This document shows positions 1-12,105 of a stretch of DNA of 64,000 nucleotides, piece after piece. Source of the DNA: Macrostomum lignano (taxonomy: Eukaryota). Position 1 is the first letter of the stretch, and each line of letters begins with the position of its first letter. Location: assembly GCA_002269645.1 (NCBI GenBank), contig NIVC01000309.1, forward strand, positions 124,001 to 188,000. Direction: 5' to 3'. The position numbers and the translations under genes were made by a program. The notes under the pieces were generated by a model, which saw only the letters and a program-made list of their open reading frames with translations, did no database searches and was not told the DNA's origin.

Positions 1-3000
1 TTCATCCGCCATTGGCAATCTGGTGCCCAAACTGAATCACTCTTCGTGCGTCTACAACTCCAGTCTAAACATCTCGCTGATCAAGGATGTGTTAGGTAAG
101 TTCCGTTTCTCTGGAAATGTTCAAAGTCCAAGAACACCGGGCGGCTTTTACAGAAGCAGTCAACATCGCTTTAGTTGGTTTGCTCAAAGGCTTTAAACAA
201 CTGATTTCCTATTACTTCAACGTCCCGCTCTTCTGATGCTAATTATCGGCAGTGGCAACAGGCTAATTAATATTTGATTTTGTTTCATATGCTCACCTTC
301 TTGTCATTTGGCAGTCTCTTTTTCAACCCCAATCTCGCTTCTCCACTGCATCGCTTTGTCACACAACTAAAAAAATTCTGCGCTCTCATTCACAGTAAGA
401 AAACGTTTACATTCTCAGGTTCCAGCATCTCAGACAACAGCTACATCATTGGCAGCGTGCTGCAAGGCCCGCTCTGCTTCCACAGATCTGCCAGCAGCGG
501 CAGCGGACTGGACATCAACTACTGCGGCGTTCCGTATTGCAGTGAGTGAAAAAAATGTCTGTTGTTCAGGTTTAGTTTGACTATTTTTAGGCGGCAGCTA
601 GCAAAGAGACAGCAAAAAGTATAGCATTTTGCAAGCTAGTAGAGACTATGAGCAAGCAATTTAATCCAAGATAGCAAAGCACATGCATTTTGAGCCTCAC
701 TGCTGGTTCTCTATGGTGTGTCAAACCATAGACAATGTGTGTCAAAGTGTGTCAAACCATAGACAATGTGTGTCAAAGTGTGTCAAACCATAGACAATAT
801 GTGTCAAAGTGTGTCAAACCATAGACAATGTGTGTCAAAGTGTGTCAAACCATAGACAATGTGTGTCAAAGTATGTCAAACCATAGACAATGTGTGTCAA
901 AGTATGTCAAACCATAGACAATGTGTGTCAAAGTGTGTCAAACCATAGACAATTTGTGTCAAAGTGTGTCAAACCATAGACAATGTGTGTCAAAGTGTGT
1001 CAAACCATAGACAATGTGTGTCAAAGTGTGTCAAACCATAGACAATGTGTGTCAAAGTGTGTCAAACCATAGACAATTTGTGTCAAAGTGTGTCAAACCA
1101 TAGACAATATGTGTCAAAGTGTGTCAAACCATAGACAATGTGTGTCAAAGTGTGTCAAACCATAGACAATGTGTGTCAAAGTGTGTCAAACCATAGACAA
1201 TGTGTGTCAAAGTGTGTCAAACCATAGACAATGTGTGTCAAAGTGTGTCAAACCATAGACAATGTGTGTCAAAGTGTGTCAAACCATAGACAATGTGTGT
1301 CAAAGTGTGTCAAACCATAGACAATGTGTGTCAAAGTGTGTCAAACCATAGACAATGTGTGTCAAAGTGTGTCAAACCATAGACAATGTGTGTCAAAGTG
1401 TGTCAAACCATAGACAATGTGTGTCAAAGTGTGTCAAACCATAGACAATGTGTGTCAAAGTGTGTCAAACCATAGACAATGTGTGTCAAAGTGTGTCAAA
1501 CCATAGACAATGTGTGTCAAAGTGTGTCAAACCATAGACAATGTGTGTCAAAGTGTGTCAAACCATAGACAATTTGTGTCAAAGTGTGTCAAACCATAGA
1601 CAATGTGTGTCAAAGTGTGTCAAACCCAGGGACAACTAAAACCCTCGGGACGCGAAACGAGCCAATTCATGGCAAAAAGTCTGAGGGGCTCGCTTAAAAG
1701 TATTGTTCTATGGCTTTTTCAAGTCTTCTCTGCTATCAGGCATTAACGGTTAGATTAAATAGTAAAGCGAGGCAATGTCGAGTATTTAATTTAAAGAATA
1801 GGAACCTTTCGTCAAAAGTTTGTACATTTCGTCAAACATAATTACGCAGTTTCGCTGAGCTCCTGATAGACTAGCAAAAACTGACTGGATCACATCGGCT
1901 GCGTCGGTTTCTGTGCCAACTTCTCCTGTACCTGCTAGTTGCAGCTGCAGCGTTCGGGGATGAGGCAATTGCAATAGCTTCCGTAGGTAAGAGTAAGCCG
2001 AACTACTGATCAAGTAGAGCAATGCTGACTGTCGCACTAGTGAAATGTCATAGCGGCGATTGTTCCGATTTACTAATGTAAGGCTAAGTTGTCGAATCAA
2101 AAACTGAAGCGACGAATCCAAATCAGAGTCAGAATCTATATCATCACTGATTCTACTAACAAACGCTTCGACTTCACGTTGGGGATTGGCGTCGGAATTT
2201 TTGCACCGCATGACAACAGCATCCAGTTGCGACCAGCGCTTGAGTGTCGGTTGAAATCCAAACAAGTCTCGAACCGAAATCGGTGTATGCAGTTTGAATG
2301 CACGAATCAGAAAGTTGGGTGAGACAAAAATTCGAACAGACAGGTCTCCATCTTTATCTAACGTAAACAAGTAAACGTCTCGTTCAGAATAGCTGTGTTC
2401 AGTGCATGTCGAGATACGACATCCGAATTTTTCACCTCAGCTCGAAAACTTTCCCATGCCGGCAAAAAATCAAGCAGCTGAAAAGCGTCCATCTCATCGA
2501 TGTCGCCGCACTTCGCATCAGAAAGAACACCGCGCTTTTCGGCCTGTCTGTCTTGGTCTAAAATAAGAGTAAAAATAAAAGTAAGATAATTGTGAGCGGC
2601 AAAATCGATATAGACGCTAAGTGTTGAGCAATCTTTAAGTTACGTACCTTGGTTCTGAGCAAAACACGAGCTAGGAACTCCATTAAAAACAGAAGGAGGA
2701 TTAATTGGCCTTTCGGTAGAGTTTTTCTTGACCATTGGAGCATCGCTTGGCCAATGCTTTACGCACACGCCCATATTGTCAGTCACTCTCTAAAATAATA
2801 AATTTTGGGTTTCAAGTTGTTTGGACGAGACTGGCATGCAGAATTGAAGCGGAATTATGCAGCAGTATTGACAGCAAATGATCTGGCTTCTTACCTGGAG
2901 AATATTTGGCAGCGCCGTTCTCCATCGCTCTCGCTCCTGTGGATCTCTGGGAAACGCAAATGTCCGTGTTCGAACGGCTTCAGAGTTGTAATTTGACGAG

Positions 3001-6000
3001 CACGGAAATACGCTGCACTTTCTTGGCATTTCATCAAGTGAATAAAAAATGCTTCTCTTGATATAGTTCAGCTTAGCTTCACTGCTGGCCGCAGCTAAAG
3101 CAATTTTAATTTGCTTGATAGCAGAGAAGACTTGAAAAAGCCATAGAACAATACTTTTAAGCGAGCCCCTCAGATTTTTTGCCATGAATTGGCTCGTTTC
3201 GCGTCCCGAGGGTTTTAGTTGTCCCTGGTCAAACCATAGACAATGTGTGTCAAGAATGTCAAACCATAGACAATGTGTGTCAAAGAATGTCAAACCATAG
3301 ACAATGTGTGTCAAAGTATGTCAAACCATAGACAATGTGTGTCAAAGTGTGTCAAACCATAGACAATGTGTGTCAAAGAATGTCAAACCATAGACAATGT
3401 GTGTCAAAGTGTGTCAAACCATAGACAATGTGTGTCAAAGTATGTCAAACCATAGACAATGTGTGTCAAAGTGTGTCAAACCATAGACAATATGTGTCAA
3501 AGTGTGTCAAACCATAGACAATGTGTGTCAAAGTGTGTCAAACCATAGACAATGTGTGTCAAAGTGTGTCAAACCATAGACAATGTGTGTCAAAGTGTGT
3601 CAAACCATAGACAATGTGTGTCAAAGTGTGTCAAACCATAGACAATGTGTGTCAAAGTGTGTCAAACCATAGACAATGTGTGTCAAAGTGTGTCAAACCA
3701 TAGACAATGTGTGTCAAAGTGTGTCAAACCATAGACAATGTGTGTCAAAGTGTGTCAAACCATAGACAATGTGTGTCAAAGTGTGTCAAACCATAGACAA
3801 TGTGTGTCAAAGTGTGTCAAACCATAGACAATGTGTGTCAAAGTGTGTCAAACCATAGACAATTTGTGTCAAAGTGTGTCAAACCATAGACAATATGTGT
3901 CAAAGTGTGTCAAACCATAGACAATGTGTGTCAAAGTGTGTCAAACCATAGACAATGTGTGTCAAAGTGTGTCAAACCATAGACAATGTGTGTCAAAGTG
4001 TGTCAAACCATAGACAATGTGTGTCAAAGTGTGTCAAACCATAGACAATGTGTGTCAAAGTGTGTCAAACCATAGACAATGTGTGTCAAAGTGTGTCAAA
4101 CCATAGACAATGTGTGTCAAAGTGTGTCAAACCATAGACAATGTGTGTCAAAGTGTGTCAAACCATAGACAATGTGTGTCAAAGTGTGTCAAACCATAGA
4201 CAATGTGTGTCAAAGTGTGTCAAACCATAGACAATGTGTGTCAAAGTGTGTCAAACCATAGACAATGTGTGTCAAAGTGTGTCAAACCATAGACAATGTG
4301 TGTCAAAGTGTGTCAAACCATAGACAATGTGTGTCAAAGTGTGTCAAACCATAGACAATGTGTGTCAAAGTGTGTCAAACCATAGACAATGTGTGTCAAA
4401 GTGTGTCAAACCGGCAGGCAATTTACGAGCGTAATCCTTGGAGCACTCATTTAAGCACTATCTTGCTCGGCCTTTTCATTAATTTCATGCATGCCTCCAA
4501 CCAAACCAACCAGGAAGCTCCATATGAAAAAGTTACGCCGTAGAAAAAGGTTCAGCAAAAAAATTCACTTAACGAAACCTGAATTGGTAGTCTCTACTAG
4601 TTCGACTTGTAGAAGACTACCTAGCTCGACCATAGACAATAAAGTCAACTCGACCATAGACAAGACAGTCAACTCGACCATAGACAAGACAGTCAACTCG
4701 ACCATAGACAAGACAGTCAACTAGACCATAGACAAGACAGTCAACTCGATCATAGACAAGACAGTCAACTAGACCATAGACAATAAAGTCAACTCGACCA
4801 TAGACAAGACAGTCAACTCGACCATAGACAAGACAGTCAACTAGACCATAGACAAGACAGTCAACTAGACCATAGACAAGACAGTCAACTAGACCATAGA
4901 CAAGAAAGTCAACTCGACCATAGACAAGACAGTCAACTCGACCATAGACAAGACAGTCAACTCGACCATAGACAAGACAGTCAACTTGACCGTAGGCAAT
5001 AATCGTCGGGCACCTTCCGAGTGTGCTAAAAAGTCTATAGCTTCATGTATTAGAAAATGAATTTGCTTTTAACTAAATCTAAAGGACTAATAGTGCACTT
5101 TAGAATGCAGGTTAATAAGTAAAAATTTTTCATAAGCGAAATAAAAACAAATCGACTTAACTTTTTGTTAATCAAGCCTCGCTTAGAGAAACCACAAAAA
5201 GCTTGAGGCGCATTTTTGTTGCAGGCACTATTTTAATGCAGCTGGTTATAAATTATTTATGAACTGTAGGAATGCTTTAGGCTGACTACACAAAAGAAAA
5301 AGAAGTCTTGTTCAAATGTATGAGGGGCCTATTTACCATGTGCAAGATTTCTCATGCCACTAGCATGAGTTGAGTCCTACTATGAACTTTCCACGCATAT
5401 GCAGCAACTAACTAAAGAAAGAGTTCTGTGATAAAAACTAGTCGTAGTACTCGAACAAGTACCATGTCGTTTCTCTGCTTCTGAAGGCAAGAAATATAAA
5501 GATGGTTCAACGCAGAGAACTACTTTCGGAGTTAAAATTTTTGATAGCATTGTATTATATGTAATCTATTGTTTAAGTGAATTAAAGCGAAATGTCATTT
5601 CTGTTAACGATTTTTTCATAATTTAAACAAATGATTTAGTTGCTAGTGGCATTGTGTCACTAAAATATGTAGGAAATTAGCTTGACTTATTTGACTCAGC
5701 TGCAGGGGCTCCGGGCATCCGGCTACAGTGGGGAGGCGTCGCCTGACGACCTCTGGCAACCAACAGGCAGCTGGTGCTGCGGTGTCGCACAGGGAGATCC
5801 GGTAGTGCTGGTGTCCGAAACGTGGTCCCTCTCCCGGTCCCCCTCGCTCGCCCGGTGGCTCTTAGGTAGCGGACGAGCTGGCAGAGATTCTCTGGCCTGA
5901 AAACGGGCTGAGGTAGGTGAGCCAAGGACTACTTATATGCTAGTGGTCCTTGAGGTGAGCCTGTCCTGAGTAAAGGCGGGCAAGTCACAGATGAAGCGCT

Positions 6001-9000
6001 CCGCATTCTCAACAAAAGAGATGCAAAATGGGCACTCATCACTACGGATTTTTCCCTGGAGGTAGCGATGCATGGCCTGAGAGAGCCATGGTCACCGGCC
6101 TGATGTCCCTGGGCGGTCCGCTATATTTAGGAACAAGTTAAAGATTGCACAAATCAATTAAAAAATGATCTGAACCAACTGTACATTAATGTGAATCGGC
6201 TTTCAAAGAAGCCGTCAAAACGCGTTAGAAACGTCCCGACGAGTAAATGCCGGTTTGCATTACACGAGTCAAAGGCTGCTCAATTGTTAAATCAAAGCCA
6301 TTAAAATTTTATTTGAACAATCTATGGTCCACTGAACTACTGCTAGTAATGCGAGCTGGTCTTTTTATCCTCTGTGGTTGTAAAGAAAAATAAATCAGGC
6401 AAATAATATTGAAAATGAGCATTAGATCATACATATCTGCTTCCTATTAAAACTATTGGCTACTAATGTGTTGAAAAATTAATATGTGCTATATTTTAGT
6501 AGTTTATTTTGCAAATATATAGCCAGCCTTTAGCTAAAGAGTTTGTAGGAAACAGTGTTTAACTTGGCTTAAATCGTCCTTACAATTCGCGCAGGGAAAA
6601 GCGCCAACGCCCTGTCAAACTGCTCATCACTGAGTCAGAGGGTCGCCATCAACACGGCTTACATGGGCTCAGTGCGCGAGTCGCGATCTGGAAAGCCGTG
6701 TCTGTCCTGGCAAGCCCTGGCTAATGGCAGTCTGAGCCGCCGGTTCCGCAACTTGAATCCGGCCTACGAGTTCCGAGTGTTCCTGCCTGACAGCGAATCT
6801 GTCGCTAGCGTTGGCAGGGGCTGCCGCAGCGCCGCAGTGATGTTCAAGGACAACAGCAGCAGCCTGGGCTGGCAGTCCCTTACCAAGCTCGTCATAGACA
6901 GCGAAATCGGACTGGGTCCCTGGTGTCTGGTTGAGAAGCAGGGCTACACAAATCTCACGATGGAGAGCTGCAGTGTGCCAGAATGCTGTGAGTTTAGGAC
7001 GGTAGTTTATCCACAACGTGAGATCACAGGTAGTTTTTGGGACTTGACAAACTCGACGAGTTGACAGAATAGCTGGGATGCTGATGGTTTTGGTATGATT
7101 CGTTCAAGATTTAAGTGAAGCAGGACAATTATTTCAGTAGGTTTTGTGTATTTATGATGGTTCAATGTGGTTCATCTTAGTATTTTTAGGAAAAAATTAA
7201 CACACGAAGTACAAATTATCCCGGGTTATTTCTCAGAAAATAAATCATTTGTTTTTAATTGAGCATGCCCGTCTGTTGTTACACGTATGATGCGTCAAAA
7301 AAGTAAAAAGTAGCTTCTAGGAAACCGCAAATGTTGCATGAATATCGATGCGACACTATTTACTATTTTTAGCAACCTCGCTGAAGTGCATCTCAGGCCT
7401 GCTGCACCAGAAGTACGGACCTCACGTGCTCTCCAAGCTGGTCGGTCCGAGCTTGGACGTCACCCTGCTCGACTGCAGCTTCGGTGACAAGAAGTGCACA
7501 CCGGCTGACTTCACTGCGCTGCACCATCCCTACTACGGCGCCTGCTACAAGTTCAACAGCGCTCCGTTCCTTCGAGACCTGTCGCCGATGCAGCACGGTT
7601 TGCGTCCGCTCAGCCTGAAGCTGTTCGCCGACGATCATGACTACCTGGGGAACCGGCGTCCGGACACCTTCACGGCCGTCCGAGCAGTTATGGGCGGCCC
7701 GTACAATCTCGGAGAAGCGAGTGACCCGGCTGGATTCAACTTGATCGTGATGCCGCCGGGAGCTTATCCGGGCACCTCACATGCCATTCCAATTTACACG
7801 GGGGCTCGGTCCACTGTTCGTATAAGCTACATCCTGGACATGGACAACACAACGAGGGGCCTTTGCAACAGTAACGAGTCAACCATTGACTACAACATCT
7901 ACAGCTGGAGCCCGACTGTACTTCGGCCGAAAACTGAGCAGAGTTTTAAGTCGCCTGATCCCTACTTTTTGTAAGTGCTTTAGCGTGTTGAAAACGTTTG
8001 GGTGAATGTGCCTTTGCGTGTAGATCTTAGGTCTAAGTCGAGCAGTAACAAGTACCTTCTTCCATGGTACATTCTCGATCAGGGGCGTCGCCACCGGGGG
8101 GGGGGACAGGGGGACATGTCCCCCCAGTAAGAGCTTTGGGCGGATATGCCAATGCTTTGTCCCCCCCCCCCCCCTAACCTACCTTGTGACCCGTTGTGGA
8201 AAGCAATGGTTTAGTTTCAAGGCGCTAAAATGAGTGCCTGCGGCGCTAAAATGAGAGCCTGCGGCGCTAAAATGAGAGCCTGCGGCGCTAAAATGAGAGC
8301 CTGCGGCGCTAAAATGAGAGCCTGCGGCGCTAAAATGAGTGCCTGCGGCGCTAAAATGAGTGCCTGCGGCGCTAAAATAAGAGCCTGCGGCGCTAAATGA
8401 GAGCCTGCGGCGCTAAAATAAGTGTCTGCGGTGCCAAAATAATCACTGACAGTACCACTCAGAAAATAATGTACACATGTGTAGAAATTTAGTCATGTAC
8501 ATGTATAATTTGCAAAATTCTTTGCTTTGCCCCCCACCATAAAATCCATGGCGACACCCCTGTTCTCGATAGGAAGTTTTCCGACTGAATGAGTAGTCCT
8601 GAAAAGTAACCCGACCTTGTTTTCCCGCTCAGCCAATTCAACAAAAGCTCTTTGGCTTTCACGAGCAACCAAGAGTCCTGCGCCAATCTGGCCGTCATTG
8701 ACGAGTTTGTCCGCGAATGCAATTGTCTGCCCTACTCACTGCCGATCCCTGTAAAGTACAAAAACGTAGTCGACTGCTTTCATCTGAACAAATCCGAGCC
8801 CGACGCTGTTCTTCGCCTAATCGCGAGGGAGGACTGCGCCGTGAAACTTTTCTCGCAACTGGAGACACTCACCGAGACTTTCTGGGCCGGCTGCAGGGCC
8901 AACTGTAAGATGCCCAAGTACGCCATGCAGCTTGTGAGTTTGGACAAGAAACCAGCCAAGCATTGCTTTTGAAACCAGTTGTACAGAGCTAAACAATTAT

Positions 9001-10116
9001 TGCGACTTAATGATTTATGGATGGTGTCAGGTGTGGAACGTTCAGTTTAGTACAAAAGTCTCGAGAAGGAACTTTCTTCGACAGTAGCTACGTGCTACTG
9101 GTGTCCGCAGCGCAGGTTCCCCTTCGGAGAGTCCAGGAGGTGGATGGTCGCTCGCCCGGTAGGTAGAGATACAAGACGAGCGGACAATAGTTCTCTGGCC
9201 AGAAAACGTCGGAAAGGTACGGGTTTGCGCCGAGAAAGGCAAGAATGTCCTGGATAAAGGCAGAGGGAATTCACATATGAAGTGCTTCGCATTCTCAACA
9301 ACAGAGAAGAGGCAGAGTGGGCATTTTTACCTGGAGGTAGCGATGCCTGGCAAATAGCCACGGCCAGAGAGGGCCATGGTTACCACTCTGATGTCCCTGC
9401 GGTTGAGTCAAAGCTGGCTCTGCGGAGGGCGGAAGAAGGAGAGGGGACAGCCGCGCAACATTTTCGGGCAGTCGGGGGCGCTAGCACATCTCTCCCTGTG
9501 CTTGGTTGCCACCCACTGGTTAAATCCAAGTGGTGACAATTACAAAATGTCTATAAGAAGCTTGTTGCGACAACAGAACCAAATTTTGAGTATTTCCAGC
9601 TGAGAACAACTAGTTTTGTTTCCAACCTTCCAGACGACTCAGCCGTGGCCCGACGCGTCCCACGCCGCTTACAACGCGACGCTGCAGTCGCTCACTTCGC
9701 TGGTCGGCTTCCCGAAGCAGGTGAGCCCCGACCAGGGCCTGGCCATGCTCTACTACTCCTACCTGCAGGGTGAGCAGCTGATCCAGCCCAGCTCGGTGAA
9801 GCGCTTCGGCCAGTCGCTGGCCATGCGAGAGGCGGCTCGCAGCAACCTGGCCTGGATCCGGGTCGAGGCCGAGTACCCGATCGGGTCCGGCAGCGCCCAG
9901 GCCGACGGATATCCGGTGGAGAATCTGCTGGCCGAGATGGGCGGCATTCTGGGTCTGTACTGCGGCGTCTCGGTGCTGACCATCTGCGAGCTGATGGACC
10001 TGGTGGGCCGCCTGCTGCACCGGACCGCGCTGCGGTGGATGCGCCGCAGTCAGGTTAGCAGCTCCAACGCCAAGGACGACAAGGTAGTGGAGGTGCAGCC
10101 AGCTAGAAAGCTGTAA
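1..10116 (+). CDS. DEG/ENaC (amiloride-sensitive channel family) subunit, 5'-partial, with kringle-like modules in the ectodomain; exons <1-95, 419-541, 6595-6987, 7373-7970, 8633-8933, 9634-10116
   Basis: All five GT-AG junctions are phase-consistent (1,1,1,2,0). Motifs: LDCSFGDKKCTPADF..HPYYGACYKFN, ECNCLPYSLP, YAMQLTTQPWP, and TM2 ENLLAEMGGILGLYCGVSVLTICELMD (GxS filter). Stop TAA at 10114-10116. Confidence 0.9.
1627..3227 (-). mobile_element. Internally deleted P-element-superfamily (THAP) DNA transposon, about 1.6 kb
   Basis: TIRs of about 110 bp (CAGGGACAACTAAAACCCTCGGG...) with one visible mismatch. 8-bp TSD GTCAAACC at 1619-1626 and 3228-3235. Contains THAP and P-transposase coding remnants. 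Confidence 0.92.
1786..3029 (-). pseudogene. Truncated THAP-domain P-element transposase (spliced; about 3029-2895, 2789-2650, then from about 2557 to 1786)
   Basis: MPRKCSVFPC..FAFPRDPQERERW spliced to VCVKHW..RPINPPSVF forms a C2CH THAP domain. Then RRYD..SAYSYLRKLLQLPHPRTL..CVIMFDEMY. The frame stops soon after the first catalytic D, and a frameshift appears to be needed near 2400. Confidence 0.82.
4624..4990. repeat. 24-bp tandem repeat (ACCATAGACAAGACAGTCAACTCG)
   Basis: Directly visible. Shares the ACCATAGACAA core with the adjacent 31-bp satellite. Confidence 0.93.
5800..6110 (+). repeat. Dispersed repeat copy A (homologous to 9089-9410)
   Basis: Shared blocks TCGCTCGCCCGGT, TTCTCTGGCC-GAAAACG, CGCATTCTCAACAA, CCTGGAGGTAGCGATGC and CTGATGTCCCTG. 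Confidence 0.75.
8080..8562. mobile_element. hAT-type MITE with an internal 21-bp tandem array
   Basis: TIRs CAGGGGCGTCGCCA / TGGCGACACCCCTG. 8-bp TSD TTCTCGAT at 8072-8079 and 8563-8570. Internal repeats GCCTGCGGCGCTAAAATGAGA at about 8221-8440. Confidence 0.9.
9089..9410 (+). repeat. Dispersed repeat copy B (homologous to 5800-6110)
   Basis: Same conserved blocks as copy A, located in channel intron 5. Confidence 0.75.
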
Positions 10117-10213
10117 CATGACTGGCATTGCAAAACAAATAAAAATCTAGTAAGAGAGCATCGGTAAGAAGAAAGTTAATGAGGAACTCCCTGGTCTGTT
10201 AGTGTTGTGTTTT

Positions 10214-10450
10214 ACTTCTCCGTTGTGTCAGCGACTCCAGCTGGCAGGCCACATCATCCGCGCCGAGTCGTACTGCCCAGAGCCGGTGCAGGAGGTGCTG
10301 CTGCTGACGCTGCAGGCACCCTACCGGCAGGGGCAGGCGCGCACTCGGCGTTTCGTCGACTGCCTGCTGGCTGACGCCGGCGCCCCGGATTCGGCCGGCG
10401 GCGTGGCGTTCATCCGTGGCGCTAACCCTGCGTAGTCTGTTGTTGTTTTC
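10214..10450 (+). mobile_element. 3' fragment of an RTE-like non-LTR retrotransposon
   Basis: RLQLAGHIIRAE..EVLLL..RQGQARTRRFVDCLLADAG resembles the post-RT C-terminus of RTE LINEs. It is followed by a short (GTT)n tail. Confidence 0.65.
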
Positions 10451-10988
10451 ATGTTTACTTTTGCATTATAACATATTTTGCCCAACATTTCTTAATCAAT
10501 TTAACGATCTGAAATCTTACGCAATCAATTTTTTGTTTAACTTAGATCGGAAAAAATCTATATTTTTAATTTTCTTTTTTATCGCCTAATTGCTTGTTGG
10601 CATCTCTAGTTAAAGACACGGATTGTTTTGTTAGGATCCTTTCTTGCTTCTGACATTAATCACGTACGCCTACGAGCTAATTGCTTTCTGTCTGTCGTTA
10701 TAGAGTAATAAATCTCGTTACTGCTCCGTACATTCCCTCCATACTTTAAAGTTAAGACATTTGTTTCCATGCAAAATATACTACTTTCATGAGTTCAAGC
10801 GTATGAAATCTAATTATTGTATTTTATGGTAAAGTTACGAGTACTTTAAAGTCGCGAGCTCTATGGAATAATTTATAGGAAACAGCAGATTAATGGCGGA
10901 AAATTACAATCTTATTAATGATTAGTCGTCTGTACACAAGAAAATAATGTACTTGTTACACTACTCCATACTAAGCGTGTTTCTCATG

Positions 10989-12105
10989 TCACAACGATGT
11001 CAGCGGCTGGCATTGCTTTGTTCTCAACCGAGCAGCACTGCCTTCTGGTAGCTCCTGAAATGAAGAAGCATTGAAATATGATTATTTAACTAGGCATGAG
11101 TAGTTATTCCGCATCAGATAGATTTCTCACTCAACTTGTCCTCCTAAACCTGTCCTACTCAACCTGTCCCACTCAACCTGTCCTCCTAAACCTGTCCTAC
11201 TCAACCTGTCCCACTCAACCTGTCCTCCTAAACCTGTCCTCCTAAACCTGTCCTACTCAACCTGTCCTACTCAACCTGTTCTACTCAACCTGTCCTACTC
11301 AACCTGTCCTACTCAACCTGTCCTACTCAACCTGTCCTACTCAACCTGTCCTACTCAACCTGTTCTACTCAACCTGTCCTACTCAACCTGTCCTACTCAA
11401 CCTGTCCTACTCAACCTGTCCTACTCAACCTGTCCTAATCAACCTGTCCTACTCAACCTGTCCTACTCAACCTGTCCTAATCAACCTGTCCTACACAACC
11501 TGTCCTATACTCAACCTGTCCTACTCAACCTGTCCTAATCAACCTGTCCTACACAACCTGTCCTACTCAATCTGTCCTACTCAACCTGTCCTACTCAACC
11601 TGTCCTACTCAACCTGTCCTACTTACCTGTCCTACTTAACCTGTCCTACTTAACCTGTCCTACTCAACCTGTCCTACTTAACCTATCCTACTCAATCTGT
11701 CCTACTCAACCTGCCCTACTTACCTGTCCTACTTAACCTGTCCTACTCAACCTGTCCTACTTAACCTGTCCTACTTACCTGTCCTACTTAACCTGTCCTA
11801 CTCAACCTGTCCTACTTAACCTATCCTCCTAAACCTGTCCCACTCAACCTGTCCTACTCAACCTGTCCTACTTAACCTGTTCTCCTCAACCTGCCTTCCT
11901 CAACCTCCCTTCTTTCCCAGGCCTCACCAGCCGCCGATAAACGAGTACAAAGGTCCTGCCAGCGTGGCTCTGTGCTGTTGCTGCTGTGTCGGATAAGCCG
12001 CAGCTGCAACGCTGCCGCCCGATCTGGCCAATCCAGAGCCTGTCGGTGCAGTGCAACAGCCGCCGCGGCTTCGTTGACCAGCGCTGCTCGGATGCCGCCT
12101 CATGG
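10989..12105 (-). CDS. Possible terminal exons of an unidentified gene (12105-11928 and from 11054 down to about 10989)
   Basis: GC-rich island with acceptor CTGTCAG, donor CTG|GTGAGG and a strong downstream acceptor CTTCTTCATTTCAG. The intron is filled by a 14-bp satellite. Reading frame and product are uncertain. Confidence 0.35.
11127..11900. repeat. 14-bp tandem satellite (TACTCAACCTGTCC)
   Basis: Directly visible array. Confidence 0.96.

Larger units (their letters stand above)
716..4412. repeat. 31-bp tandem satellite (CAAACCATAGACAATGTGTGTCAAAGTGTGT) in channel intron 2, split by a P-element
   Basis: Near-identical 31-bp units at about 716-1626 and 3228-4412. Confidence 0.97.

Noticed and set aside
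716-4412. Regular repeat array as a CRISPR locus
   Set aside because: Units are head-to-tail with no unique spacers, there are no cas genes, and the context is a eukaryotic intron.
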